Source: an uncultured Desulfosarcina sp.
GTDB lineage: Bacteria; Desulfobacterota; Desulfobacteria; Desulfobacterales; Desulfosarcinaceae
Direction: 5' to 3'
Length of the DNA stretch: 64,000 bases
NCBI GenBank assembly: GCA_963674945.2
Contig: CAXXWQ010000004.1
Location: 2,944,001 to 3,008,000, forward strand
A model generated the notes under the pieces. It made no database searches, had not been told where the DNA came from, and saw only the letters and a program-made list of their open reading frames with translations. Made by a program: the position numbers and the translations under genes. This document shows positions 52,568 to 62,316 of the stretch, piece after piece. The first letter of the stretch is position 1; each line of letters opens with the position of its first letter.

Positions 52568-55036
52568 ATGCGGAAAAAAAATCCCCAACGCCTCCAACCG
52601 ATGATCCATCGCCGGCGTGTGTACCGCGAATCTTGGCTGACATTTCAGGCGCGACTGCTGATCTTTTCCCTGATCCCCCTTGTCGTCCTGACCACCGGTG
52701 GATTTCTTCTCTTCGTGGGAATCGACGCCAAAGGGCAGTGGTCGATTCCGGCTGTCTTTCTCATCGTGCTTTGCATCGGTGCTTTTACGGCATCTTTTGT
52801 CCTCGGCCGCCATGTCCTCGCCACGATGCGGAACCTGACCGAAAAGGCAACCAGGGCCATGGCAGATCAATATGACACCAAGGACGCTATCGTCACAACA
52901 GACGTGTTGGTTCGGCTGGAAAGAACCATCGACATTCTGATCGATGAATTTGAGAAGGCCATGGGGCACGGTGACGTATTGTCCCGATTGAATTCAGGAT
53001 TGGACGACATGCAAAGGCAGCTTTTCGGCCTCGAAGAGACCGGTGATGTCGTTCAAAACGGGTTGGAATTCATCAGCCGGTTCACGGATCTAAATGAAGC
53101 CGCCTTCTATTTTCTGGATGAAACGGACGTTATGTGCTGCATCGGCCGTTTTCCCGACCATGTTCACCCTGACGCTGCGCTTCGGATATCTCACCCTGGC
53201 GATGCGATCGAAAAGACGGTCGAAAAAAAAAGGCTGCTTTTTTTCCGGAAGGATTTGACCTGTGGTGAATCAAGCATCGATCAGGCCGATCTGATCACGC
53301 TGCCCGTGCTTTGGAAGGAGAAGGTGCAGGGCGTACTGAAAATGGAAAGATCCGAAGGCTTTTCCCCATTTCACCTTCGATTCGCAAAAGGTGCGGCACA
53401 GATCATGGGAGCGGCCATAGAAATGGCCTCGGCCCTGGGGCAAAAAGCAATTTTATTGGAACGAGCGTCACGCCAGAAAAAAAATATCGACTCCCTTCAA
53501 ACCGCTTTGACCAACAGCCTGGAAGAGCTCGAAGATCAGCACCAGGCATTCGAGGCAACCAGAAAAAAGCTCCGGTTAAAACAGCTGGAAACCGAGGCCG
53601 CAAATGCACAGATGTTGAAAAATGCGCTGGATCTGGAAGCACATATGGCCATTTTGGAAAAGCAGAATGCGGCGTTGGAGACCGCCCGCCTGGAACTGGA
53701 AGAAAAGGCCCGTGAACTGGAGATCACGAGTCAGTACAAGACCTCTTTTCTTGCCAACATGTCCCACGAACTGAGAACCCCCCTCAATAGTATCTTGCTG
53801 CTCTCCCGACTCTTGCAGGAGAGCGAGGGAAAGCCCCTGACGGACAAGCGGCTGGAATTTGCAAAAACCATCCGCTCCGCCGGCGAGGATCTGCTCAATC
53901 TGATCGACGAGGTGCTGGACCTTGCCACGATAGAATCGGGAAAGATGGCGGTGAATCTGGCTCCGGTCACGATCCGATCCATCGCGGACACCATGGCGGA
54001 GATTTTCTCGCCCTTGGCTGAACAAAAAAGAGTGGCCTTCTCCACCCGTGTGGCGCCGGAGGTGCCGGAACGCGTGATTACCGACCGAAAGCGAATCGGA
54101 CAGATCGTCAAGAACTTTCTCTCCAACGCTTTCAAGTTTACCGAAAGAGGTTCCGTCACCCTTGAAATCGACGTTGCGGCGGGAGATCCGCTGTCCGCGG
54201 ATCGGACGGAAGTACCCCGTCATGACTGCCTGACCATCGCCGTTGCGGATACGGGAATCGGTATCCCGTCGGACAAAATCCAAATGGTGTTCGAAGCCTT
54301 CGAGCAAGTGGACGGTTCCACCCGGCGCAAATATGGTGGCACGGGGTTGGGGCTTTCCATTTCCCGGCAACTTGCACAATTGCTGGGCGGGGATATCACA
54401 CTGGAAAGCCAAGAGGGCGAGGGAAGCCGTTTTGCCCTTAACCTTCCCATCATCCAGGAAGAGGAGAAAGGGGAGATGATCTTCCGCGCCCAAATTCGCG
54501 AAAGCAGCAAATTCATCGGAAAATCGGTTTTGTTATCGGACGATACCACCGAACGCGTTCCCACCGATGCGGAGAAAAAGCCATGGCCATCCGATCGTCG
54601 TATCGACACTTTTTCGTTAAAAGGGAAAACGATCTTGCTGGCCGACGATGACATGCGGACGGTGTTTGCCCTTTCCAATGCGCTGGAGGCACAGGGAGCC
54701 AGGGTGCTCGCCGGAAAGACCGGAAAGGAAAGTCTTGACAAAATCCATGGTTTTCCGGAGATTGACCTTGTCATCATGGATGTGATGATAACCGGAACGG
54801 ACGGCTACGAGGCCCTTCGAACGATTCGTGGCCGAAAAGAGCATGGAAATCTTCCCATCATTGCCCTCACGGCCAAAGCCATGAAAGGAGACCGGTCCAA
54901 GTGCATTGCGGCGGGAGCCAATGACTATTTGTCCAAACCGGTGAATTTGGATGCGTTGATGACCATCATTGACAACCGATTGGCCCCACCTTCCCCAGAT
55001 GATCAGTCAATCAGGCAATCGCCCGACCCAGAATGA
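52568..55036 (+). CDS. Membrane hybrid sensor histidine kinase (GAF-like, HisKA, HATPase, REC)
   Basis: Two TM segments, FLANMSHELRTPLN, NFLSNAFKFT, DTGIG, GGTGLGL, C-terminal receiver (ADDD, MDVM, KP). Confidence 0.93.
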   Translation: MRKKNPQRLQPMIHRRRVYRESWLTFQARLLIFSLIPLVVLTTGGFLLFVGIDAKGQWSIPAVFLIVLCIGAFTASFVLGRHVLATMRNLTEKATRAMADQYDTKDAIVTTDVLVRLERTIDILIDEFEKAMGHGDVLSRLNSGLDDMQRQLFGLEETGDVVQNGLEFISRFTDLNEAAFYFLDETDVMCCIGRFPDHVHPDAALRISHPGDAIEKTVEKKRLLFFRKDLTCGESSIDQADLITLPVLWKEKVQGVLKMERSEGFSPFHLRFAKGAAQIMGAAIEMASALGQKAILLERASRQKKNIDSLQTALTNSLEELEDQHQAFEATRKKLRLKQLETEAANAQMLKNALDLEAHMAILEKQNAALETARLELEEKARELEITSQYKTSFLANMSHELRTPLNSILLLSRLLQESEGKPLTDKRLEFAKTIRSAGEDLLNLIDEVLDLATIESGKMAVNLAPVTIRSIADTMAEIFSPLAEQKRVAFSTRVAPEVPERVITDRKRIGQIVKNFLSNAFKFTERGSVTLEIDVAAGDPLSADRTEVPRHDCLTIAVADTGIGIPSDKIQMVFEAFEQVDGSTRRKYGGTGLGLSISRQLAQLLGGDITLESQEGEGSRFALNLPIIQEEEKGEMIFRAQIRESSKFIGKSVLLSDDTTERVPTDAEKKPWPSDRRIDTFSLKGKTILLADDDMRTVFALSNALEAQGARVLAGKTGKESLDKIHGFPEIDLVIMDVMITGTDGYEALRTIRGRKEHGNLPIIALTAKAMKGDRSKCIAAGANDYLSKPVNLDALMTIIDNRLAPPSPDDQSIRQSPDPE

Positions 55037-55140
55037 CCATACCACGCGACGCCTGCAACCCCTCACGGTTTCATTGCAACACGAGTTGCTCTCAGACCGG
55101 GGTAACAATTGCGATACCGGCTGTCCATCGATAAAAATTA

Positions 55141-56805
55141 TTGGGCCTACCGAAGACATTGGACGAAATTACGAAAATATTGATTGTCGACGACAGACCG
55201 GAAAATCTTTTGGCCATCGAGGGGGTTTTGGATCAGCCGGGACTTACCATCATCACCGCCACCACCGGTAACGAGGCGTTGGGGCTGGTATTGGAACACG
55301 ACTTCGCCCTTGTTCTGTTGGATGTACAGATGCCCGGCATGGATGGTTTCGAGGTGGCGCAGCTCATGCGGGGCAGCGAAAAGACACGCCATGTCCCCAT
55401 CATCTTTCTCACGGCCATCAGCAAGGAGGATACTCACGTCTTCGCCGGTTATGAGAAGGGCGCTGTGGATTACCTGTTCAAGCCGCTGGACCCAATGGTC
55501 CTGAGAAGTAAAGTAAATGTCTTCGTGACCTTGCATCGGCAACAAATGCGATTGGAACGAAGCAATGAAGAGCTTCAGAAAATGATTTCGGACCTGGAGG
55601 AGGCCAACCAGAAAGTACAGGCGCAACAAAAGGCGATTGTCCAGGAGGAACGGCTCAAGGTTTTGTTGGAGATGGCCGGTGCCACCGCCCATGAATTGAA
55701 TCAACCCCTGATGGTGCTGATGGGAAACATTCAACTGATCGAAATGGATGGCGGTCTGCCCGAAAAACAGATCCCTCGAATTGAAAAAATTTCCGAGGCT
55801 GCCGGTAGAATGGCTAGGATCGTGAAGCAAATCCAGACGATACGCCATGACGAACCCCGAACCTACACCGGCGGACAAGTCATTTTAAATCTGGACCAGA
55901 AGATCTCGATTCTTTCCATCGATGATGATGACGAGGATTTTACCGATATCGAGCAGACTGTGAAGGGTCATAGCAAGTTGTCCCTGAACCGGTCAACCAC
56001 CATTCAAGACGCCTTGGAGCGGTTGGAAAAAGATCGCCTGGATATGATATTGATGGAATACCGGCTCCCCGACGGTACCGCCCTGGAATTTCTCGAATCC
56101 ATCATCAGTCAGGCCATAGAGATCCCCGTGGTGGTCATCACCGATCAGGGAGACGAGCTGGCAGCCTCACGGGTGATCAAAGCAGGCGCATATGATTACC
56201 TTCCCAAAAATAAGGTAACGGAAGAGTCGCTTTTGCGGATCATCTCCCACTCATTGGAAAAGGCCGGGTTTCGAAGAGAGATGCGCATGGCCCAGGAAAA
56301 ACTGGCGGAATTGTCTGTGCGGGACGAACTGACAGGCTTATTCAACCGGCGCTATTTTCAAGATGCCTTGAGCCGGGAGATATCCGGCGCCAAACGATAC
56401 GACCACAATATGGCCCTTTGTATGTTCGATCTTGACCATTTCAAACGGGTCAACGACACAAAGGGACATCTGTTCGGCGACCAGGTTCTGCGGGAATTCG
56501 GGAAGCTTTTGATCGAAAGCATTCGCCAGTACGATGTGGCCTGCCGGTACGGAGGAGAAGAGTTTGCCCTGATCCTACCCGATACAACCCTGGAAGAAGC
56601 GGTTTCCCTGTGCGAGCGGTTCCGTCAGCGGGTGGAAGCGAACCCGTTTTACTATGGCGACCTGATGGTCCACATCACCACCAGCGTGGGCGTCGCCGAG
56701 CGCCTTGCCGTCAGCGAGATCACGGACGAGAAACTGATCGAAATGGCCGACAAAGCCCTGTATCAGGCCAAAGAGAGGGGGCGTAACCGGGTGGTTGCGC
56801 TGTAA
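55141..56805 (+). CDS. Response-regulator diguanylate cyclase (REC - HisKA-like - REC - GGDEF)
   Basis: REC LLDVQMP; AHELNQPL; second REC-like domain; DLDHFK.VND, RQYD I-site, RYGGEEF. Exact start codon uncertain. Confidence 0.9.
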   Translation: MGLPKTLDEITKILIVDDRPENLLAIEGVLDQPGLTIITATTGNEALGLVLEHDFALVLLDVQMPGMDGFEVAQLMRGSEKTRHVPIIFLTAISKEDTHVFAGYEKGAVDYLFKPLDPMVLRSKVNVFVTLHRQQMRLERSNEELQKMISDLEEANQKVQAQQKAIVQEERLKVLLEMAGATAHELNQPLMVLMGNIQLIEMDGGLPEKQIPRIEKISEAAGRMARIVKQIQTIRHDEPRTYTGGQVILNLDQKISILSIDDDDEDFTDIEQTVKGHSKLSLNRSTTIQDALERLEKDRLDMILMEYRLPDGTALEFLESIISQAIEIPVVVITDQGDELAASRVIKAGAYDYLPKNKVTEESLLRIISHSLEKAGFRREMRMAQEKLAELSVRDELTGLFNRRYFQDALSREISGAKRYDHNMALCMFDLDHFKRVNDTKGHLFGDQVLREFGKLLIESIRQYDVACRYGGEEFALILPDTTLEEAVSLCERFRQRVEANPFYYGDLMVHITTSVGVAERLAVSEITDEKLIEMADKALYQAKERGRNRVVAL

Positions 56806-57049
56806 CACCTGGTCCGGAAGACCATGTTTTATTAAAAATGTATGCTGCAACCTTGTTGTGTCCTCATTTCGCCTTTTCTATCCTTGCTGGAATAAAAACG
56901 GCAACACCCCAAAGAAACCGTAAACACTATACGCCGCATCCAGATTATTGATGCCGCCGCTTCGCCTATAGTATTCAAACGATTGGTGCCGTTTAACGAA
57001 CCTTGATCGTCGGGGGCGCTGATGTTTATAATGAAGGATGATTACAACC

Positions 57050-57205
57050 AATTGATTGAGAAGCTGAAAAATCGATTTTTAAAAAGAAACGACACATCGA
57101 AGTTCCAGAGTCAAAGCAACTTGCTCCGGATATCGATGAAATAAAAAAGGTGATCTGCAGCGAATACAGCATCGAAAAAGATCAGTTGCTTTATAGGAAA
57201 GGTCT
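57050..57205 (+). pseudogene. Probable C-terminal remnant of a REP-associated tyrosine transposase (RAYT-like)
   Basis: KKRHIEVPESKQLAPDIDEIKKVICSEYSIEKDQLL resembles the segment preceding the DnaA-like HTH in long deltaproteobacterial Y1 transposases (recalled, not searched). Confidence 0.4.
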
Positions 57206-57210
57206 TACAC

Positions 57211-57767
57211 ATGGATCTCCAAAAAGGAGTTATTGTTTTGGTTGTCACTATTTCAGGATACCTTTTTTCCGATTCCCCTTTTGCCCAAGGCGTTATTCAG
57301 CTTGCATAGACCGGCCAGACCGCCAGTTACCATGCTTTGGACGACGGGGATCTCCAACCAGGCGTTTCCTGGCCCGACCCCGTTTCACGGACCACGGCAA
57401 CGGTTCCGCCACGGACCATTTGACCGGACTGATGTGGATGACCGACGCCAACCTCATGCAGACGCTCGATCCCGGGTACGACACGGACGGTACCAGTGAC
57501 GGACTGGTGAGCTGGTATCACGCCCTGGATTACATCGCAGGCATGAATGGAAGTATCCATCCGAATTACGGCTATACCGAATGGCGCTTGCCCAATCGGG
57601 TGGAGGCGCTGAGCCTGCTGGATTTCAACCAGCACCGTCCGCCACTCCCGGAAAACCATCCATTTTCTGAACCATATGGTTGGAATGCCAATACCGCGAC
57701 GACATCGGCCGCAGACACGACCATGGACTGGATAGTGATCCTCGGGGACCGGGGATATAGCCATTGA
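57211..57767 (+). pseudogene. Secreted DUF1566 (Lcl C-terminal) domain pseudogene
   Basis: Signal-peptide start at 57211; in-frame TAG at 57307; TGQ..DDGDLQPGVSWP, then frameshift to RFTDHGNG..TDHLTGLMW..WRLPN..E..SL. Confidence 0.8.
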
Positions 57768-57838
57768 GCCTATACATGGGACAGATCGGAACTCTAAACA
57801 GTCTGTAGATTAACTAAAAATGAATGACGGTGAGATCG

Positions 57839-58123
57839 TCACAAATCATTTTTTACAACGCGGCCTGGGAATATGGTTGATTTTGAATTGAGCAGGATGT
57901 CCCTGTCTTCTGTGGCCAAGTTCCGATTATTGTTCCGTAACGGATGTACAAGAACTTCCAGCAGGGTAATGGTTGAAGTGACAACCATGAAGCCGCCTTT
58001 TTCCATTGCCTCGAAAAAATGCCTGACTGTTTCTATGTAGGTGGGGTTTTCTTCGATGAAATAAATCAGCGGTGCGGTATCAAGACCAATAGTTTTCCCG
58101 TGTAATTCGTTTATCCATTCCAC
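57839..58123 (-). pseudogene. PIN-domain (VapC-like) toxin, C-terminally truncated
   Basis: IGLDTAPLIYFIE and STITLLEVLV motifs; only 94 aa and lacks the distal conserved Asp motifs. Confidence 0.75.
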
Positions 58124-58332
58124 GATGATCGTTCCTCATCGATATAGGATTTAACATTAACGTTTTTCCAGATATCCTTGCCCTTGCCTTTACGCTCTAA
58201 AATGCTGCGAGGCTTCGCCTTGTTTGTCTGTCGTCGAATGATTTTTGCCATCTCTTCTAAAAGACGGAGTTGGTCTGACAAATCCATTGTTTTTATTTCA
58301 GAAATGACATTATTATAGTTTGGTTCCGGCAT
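58111..58332 (-). CDS. Putative antitoxin of the PIN toxin
   Basis: 73 aa overlapping the toxin start; SILE..G.GKDIW..V..YIDEERSSW; GAGGAG RBS. Confidence 0.75.
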   Translation of the reverse strand: MPEPNYNNVISEIKTMDLSDQLRLLEEMAKIIRRQTNKAKPRSILERKGKGKDIWKNVNVKSYIDEERSSWNG

Positions 58333-58836
58333 GATCCCGTCTCCTCATGAGTTGAATGGTTTGTTACAGTGAAACATCCTGCCAACATAGTAAGCGATCT
58401 TGTGCCCAAATTCAATTGTTCCGGTAATTTTCTTTGTTAAACGGCAACCGTTATGGCCGTCCCCATCCTTTCCCATCCATTTATAAGCTGGGGGACAGCA
58501 ACCTTTTAGCAACTATATGTGGACCATGGCCATGGAACCTATCAAAAGAGTAGGTAGGGATTATGGAATGCAATCCTTGCCCTTTATATTGGTTATAGGG
58601 CATGAGGCGATAGCCAGTATGTACAACACGATTTGTAAAAACGGTGTTTACTGCTATGAAGGTGGACATTAGAATAAAAGAGACCAACCACAACATCTGG
58701 TGGTTGGTCTCTTATTTTAAAACCTGTGATAAATCGATATATCCCAAGCGACATCAGTCCATATGCCGGTGAAGATATCAATACCATATGTTGAAATGCT
58801 GAAAAGACGACGTCAGTTATGAATTGAGAAAAATGC

Positions 58837-58874
58837 AAAAAAGCCTACCACAATATATCGTGGTAGGCTTTTTT
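58837..58874. terminator. Bidirectional intrinsic terminator after the acyl-CoA synthetase
   Basis: aaaaaagcctaccac-loop-gtggtaggctttttt. Confidence 0.88.
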
Positions 58875-58900
58875 GTGGGCGCAAATCCTGACTTTTAGGG

Positions 58901-60808
58901 TTACCCCTTTTTCCCACCGGCATATCCGATGTTCTGTAACGCCTCTTCCATCTCCCCAAGGATGGTCGGATCGTCGATGGTGGCCGGAACTTTATACTCC
59001 TTGCTATCGGCGATTTTCTGGATCGTTCCCCGAAGTATCTTTCCCGAACGGGTCTTGGGAAGCCGCTTGACCACCGTGGCCGTCTTGAAGGCGGCAACGG
59101 GTCCGATGCGTTCTCTCACCATCTGGATCACCTCTTTTACAATCTCCTCTTTGGCCTTTGTCACCCCCGCCTTGAGTACGAGAAATCCAACGGGAACCTG
59201 GCCCTTGAGACTGTCATCCACCCCCAGCACCGCACACTCGGCGACATCCGGATGGTCGGAGAGCACCTCTTCCATTGCCCCGGTGGAGAGGCGATGTCCC
59301 GCAACGTTGATGATATCGTCCGTCCGGCTCATCACGAAGACGTAGCCGTCCTCATCGATAAATCCGGCATCGGCCGTTTTGTAGTAGCCGGGAAATTCCT
59401 CCAGGTAGGATTCCACGTACCGTTCGTCGTTTTGCCACAAGGTGGGCAAGGCACCCGGCGGCAGGGGCAGTTTCACGACCAGGGCGCCGATCTCGCCGGC
59501 GGGCACCTCCTGGTTGTTGGCGTTGACCACTTTCAGGTTCCAACCCGGTGCGGGTTTGGTGGGTGAGCCCTCCTTTACGGTAAACTCGTGCAGGCCTATG
59601 CAATTGGCGGCGATGGCCCAGCCCGTCTCCGTCTGCCACCAATGGTCCACGACCGGAACATTCAGGGCGTTTCTGGCCCAGTGCAAGGTATTGGGATCGG
59701 TGCGCTCACCGGCCAAAAACAATGCCTTGAAATTGGAAAGATCGTACTTTTTCATCAGCTCGGCGTTGGGATCCTCGCGCTTTATGGCCCGAAACGCCGT
59801 GGGGGCCGTGAACATGGTCTTCACCTTGTGTTCGGAGATGACCCGCCAGAAAACGCCGGCATCGGGGGTACCCACGGGTTTGCCTTCGAACAGAATGGTC
59901 GTGCACCCCTTGAACAATGGGGCGTATACGATGTAGCTGTGGCCCACCACCCATCCGACGTCCGAGGCGGCCCAATAAACGTCGCCGGCATCGACATTAT
60001 AAATGTTTTTCATCGTCCATTTGAGGGAAACCACATGGCCGCCGTTGTCCCGCACCACCCCCTTGGGCTGCCCGGTGGTTCCCGATGTGTAGAGGATGTA
60101 GAGAGGATCGGTGGCCGCCACCGGAACGCAATCGGCCGGCGTTGCCGAAGCCATGGCATCGTTCCAGTCGACGTCCCGGCCGGCGACAAAATCCGCCAAT
60201 TCCATGGAGCGCTGGAAGATGATGCATTTTTCCGGCTTGGACCGACTCATGTCGATGGCCGCGTCAAGAAGCGGTTTGTACTTGATGATCTTCTTCACTT
60301 CGATGCCGCAGGAGGCGGAGACGATCACCTTTGGCTTGGCGTCGTTGATGCGTGTTGCCAGTTCGTTGGCCGCGAATCCGCCAAAAACCACCGAATGAAC
60401 GGCACCAATGCGCGCACACGCCAGCATGGCCATTGCCGATTCGGCGATCATCGGCATGTAGATCAATACCCGATCACCCTTTTTCACACCCTGGGCCTGG
60501 AGCACCCCCGCAAATTTGGCCACCTCGTCCCGGAGGGTCTTGTACGTGTATTTGGTAATGGTTTCGGTGACCGGGCTGTCGTAAATCAGGGCCAACTGAT
60601 CACCGCGGCCCTGATCGATGTGGTAATCCACGGCATTGTAGCAGGTGTTGATCTCTCCACCGGTAAACCACCGGAAAAACGGCTTGTTGTCATCATCGAG
60701 CACCTTGTCCCAGCGTTTGTACCAGTGGCAGTCTTCCGCCGCCTTGCCCCAGAATCCGTTTGGATCTTCGATGGATTGTCTGAACGCCGCGTCATAGGGA
60801 TTGGTCAT
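58901..60808 (-). CDS. prpE: Propionyl-CoA/acetyl-CoA synthetase
   Basis: YTSGTTGQPKG, DHWWQTETG, GHRLSTG, PKTRSGK; ATG 60808 with AGGAGA RBS. Propionate versus acetate specificity is inferred. Confidence 0.85.
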   Translation of the reverse strand: MTNPYDAAFRQSIEDPNGFWGKAAEDCHWYKRWDKVLDDDNKPFFRWFTGGEINTCYNAVDYHIDQGRGDQLALIYDSPVTETITKYTYKTLRDEVAKFAGVLQAQGVKKGDRVLIYMPMIAESAMAMLACARIGAVHSVVFGGFAANELATRINDAKPKVIVSASCGIEVKKIIKYKPLLDAAIDMSRSKPEKCIIFQRSMELADFVAGRDVDWNDAMASATPADCVPVAATDPLYILYTSGTTGQPKGVVRDNGGHVVSLKWTMKNIYNVDAGDVYWAASDVGWVVGHSYIVYAPLFKGCTTILFEGKPVGTPDAGVFWRVISEHKVKTMFTAPTAFRAIKREDPNAELMKKYDLSNFKALFLAGERTDPNTLHWARNALNVPVVDHWWQTETGWAIAANCIGLHEFTVKEGSPTKPAPGWNLKVVNANNQEVPAGEIGALVVKLPLPPGALPTLWQNDERYVESYLEEFPGYYKTADAGFIDEDGYVFVMSRTDDIINVAGHRLSTGAMEEVLSDHPDVAECAVLGVDDSLKGQVPVGFLVLKAGVTKAKEEIVKEVIQMVRERIGPVAAFKTATVVKRLPKTRSGKILRGTIQKIADSKEYKVPATIDDPTILGEMEEALQNIGYAGGKKG

Positions 60809-61095
60809 ATAGATTCTCCTTTTTTCCGTTGGTTGATAATTGGTTGTATTCAAACCGGATGCGTTGCACCCGGAACTAACCCGAACGATACAGCACTGAT
60901 ATACTTTTGGATATCCGGCCCAGGGGGCCGTATATCGAAACCACCCGATTTGCGGGTGGTCGTTGACGACAGTACTCTCGGGTTTCATCGACACTGCGAT
61001 ATCCAGGTGCTGTCTGCTGCGATACGGGCTTTGGGGTAACAAGAGAGCATGGGCAGTATATTCGGCGGGGAGCAGACAAAATCGCAATATTAAAT

Positions 61096-61123
61096 ATTAT
61101 TGTCAAACAACAAATAATGTCAA
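61096..61123 (-). promoter_or_regulatory. Putative sigma70 promoter with an overlapping GntR-like palindrome upstream of prpE
   Basis: Minus strand TTGACA-16 bp-AATAAT; contains the palindrome TTGT-CAA-ACAA. Confidence 0.4.
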
Positions 61124-61181
61124 TAATAAAATATGAATTTCATACAGTTGATGAATATGGATAGAGGCGGGTTGTTTTTAT

Positions 61182-61382
61182 TCAGAGGAATGCTACCGTA
61201 ACCAGATGAACCATCAACTGGTGCTTGGCATTGTTCAACTGGGGCTCTTCCGCCCAATCCGCATCGGACCCGTCTATAACGATTGTTTCGCTACGCCACT
61301 TTCCGGCCACCTTGTGTACAGAGCAACCCGGTATCGCCATACAGATAAGGAGCGCCGTGAAGAGGAGCCATCGTCGTTTCAT
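61182..61382 (-). CDS. Short lipoprotein, possibly truncated
   Basis: Lipobox IPGC; IVIDGSDADW; 66 aa; downstream of the EF-hand gene. Confidence 0.5.
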   Translation of the reverse strand: MKRRWLLFTALLICMAIPGCSVHKVAGKWRSETIVIDGSDADWAEEPQLNNAKHQLMVHLVTVAFL

Positions 61383-61399
61383 ATTCCGTTTATATCGAT

Positions 61400-61978
61400 T
61401 TAAGGGTGCGCAGGCCTTGCTTCGGCCCGGCTGATGTAGCCATCCCCGTCCGCATCCATCTCGTCGAAGTGATCTTCCGGCCCACTGAACTCGGCCAGGG
61501 AAACGAAGCCGTCGCCGTCGGTATCGTCATTTTCGAACCCATTTTCCATGGGTGGCGCCGGCGGCTTGTCCGCGGCAAGTTCTTCGGCAGTCAATACACC
61601 ATCGGAATCGGCGTCTAGATTATCGAAGTGTTCCGGCGGTCCGGGAAACTCCGCTGAAGAGATCTGCCCATCGCCATCCGTGTCCCAATCTGTGAAACGT
61701 GTCTGGGCGTTCAAGGGCGCCGGGGGAGGACCGTGGGGCGACTCCCCATTGTCCAGGTATCCGTTGCCGTCGGCATCCATTTCGTTGAATCGATCCATGG
61801 GACCGGGAAACTCCTCTGCCGAGACTATCCCGTCACCATCTTGATCAAAGTGGAGTATGAATGACGAACCGGTCTCACCGGTGCTGTCCTCGCCTGCCCA
61901 GGCGGTGATGGCCATACCGACCATTGCCAGAGCAATCAAACTGTTTACCAACCACTTTCCAAAACGTTTTTCTTCCAT
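61400..61978 (-). CDS. Secreted multi-EF-hand calcium-binding protein
   Basis: Signal peptide; six DxDGDGxxxxxE-type loops arranged as three pairs with Pro-rich linkers; AGGAG RBS. Confidence 0.9.
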   Translation of the reverse strand: MEEKRFGKWLVNSLIALAMVGMAITAWAGEDSTGETGSSFILHFDQDGDGIVSAEEFPGPMDRFNEMDADGNGYLDNGESPHGPPPAPLNAQTRFTDWDTDGDGQISSAEFPGPPEHFDNLDADSDGVLTAEELAADKPPAPPMENGFENDDTDGDGFVSLAEFSGPEDHFDEMDADGDGYISRAEARPAHP

Positions 61979-62056
61979 GGAAATGCTCCTTTGCGGTTTC
62001 CGTTTACCAAATCGTTGTTTCTGATTATTAAGACAGTTGTGAACCTATCATTGAAC

Positions 62057-62075
62057 TGTGGAGACATTGTGGAGA
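62057..62075 (-). promoter_or_regulatory. Tandem direct repeat, OmpR/BaeR-type binding site
   Basis: TCTCCACA-ATG-TCTCCACA on the minus strand (11-bp period), about 80 bp upstream of the EF-hand gene. Confidence 0.6.
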
Positions 62076-62316
62076 AAGCATGGGATTTATTTGAAAAACC
62101 GTTGACATTGCTTGAAGATATGGTGAACATCGATTACATCAACGATATTTGTATGCAATGGTGCAAAAGCGATTTCGGCATGCTGCCGGAAGATGGCCTG
62201 TTCCTAATAAGAGACGATGGGGGCAAAGGAAGTGGTGCAATGATGACGATCCCCTCTTTTTATTATCGACGTTTCCATTGCGGTCGAACTGGCCGGTATG
62301 CAAAATCGGAAACGAG

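Noticed and set aside
57307..57309. In-frame TAG as pyrrolysine or readthrough
   Set aside because: The same gene has a downstream frameshift and truncation; a nonsense mutation is simpler.
58340..58480. attC site making the toxin-antitoxin pair an integron cassette
   Set aside because: No convincing AAC...GTT hairpin could be folded by eye.
60809..61087. 93-codon N-terminal extension of the acyl-CoA synthetase
   Set aside because: Family similarity begins at MTNPYD, which has a strong AGGAGA RBS.
62149..62316. N-terminal extension of the sensor kinase
   Set aside because: The typical start MRIRLSIKLF-TM begins at 62317/62320.
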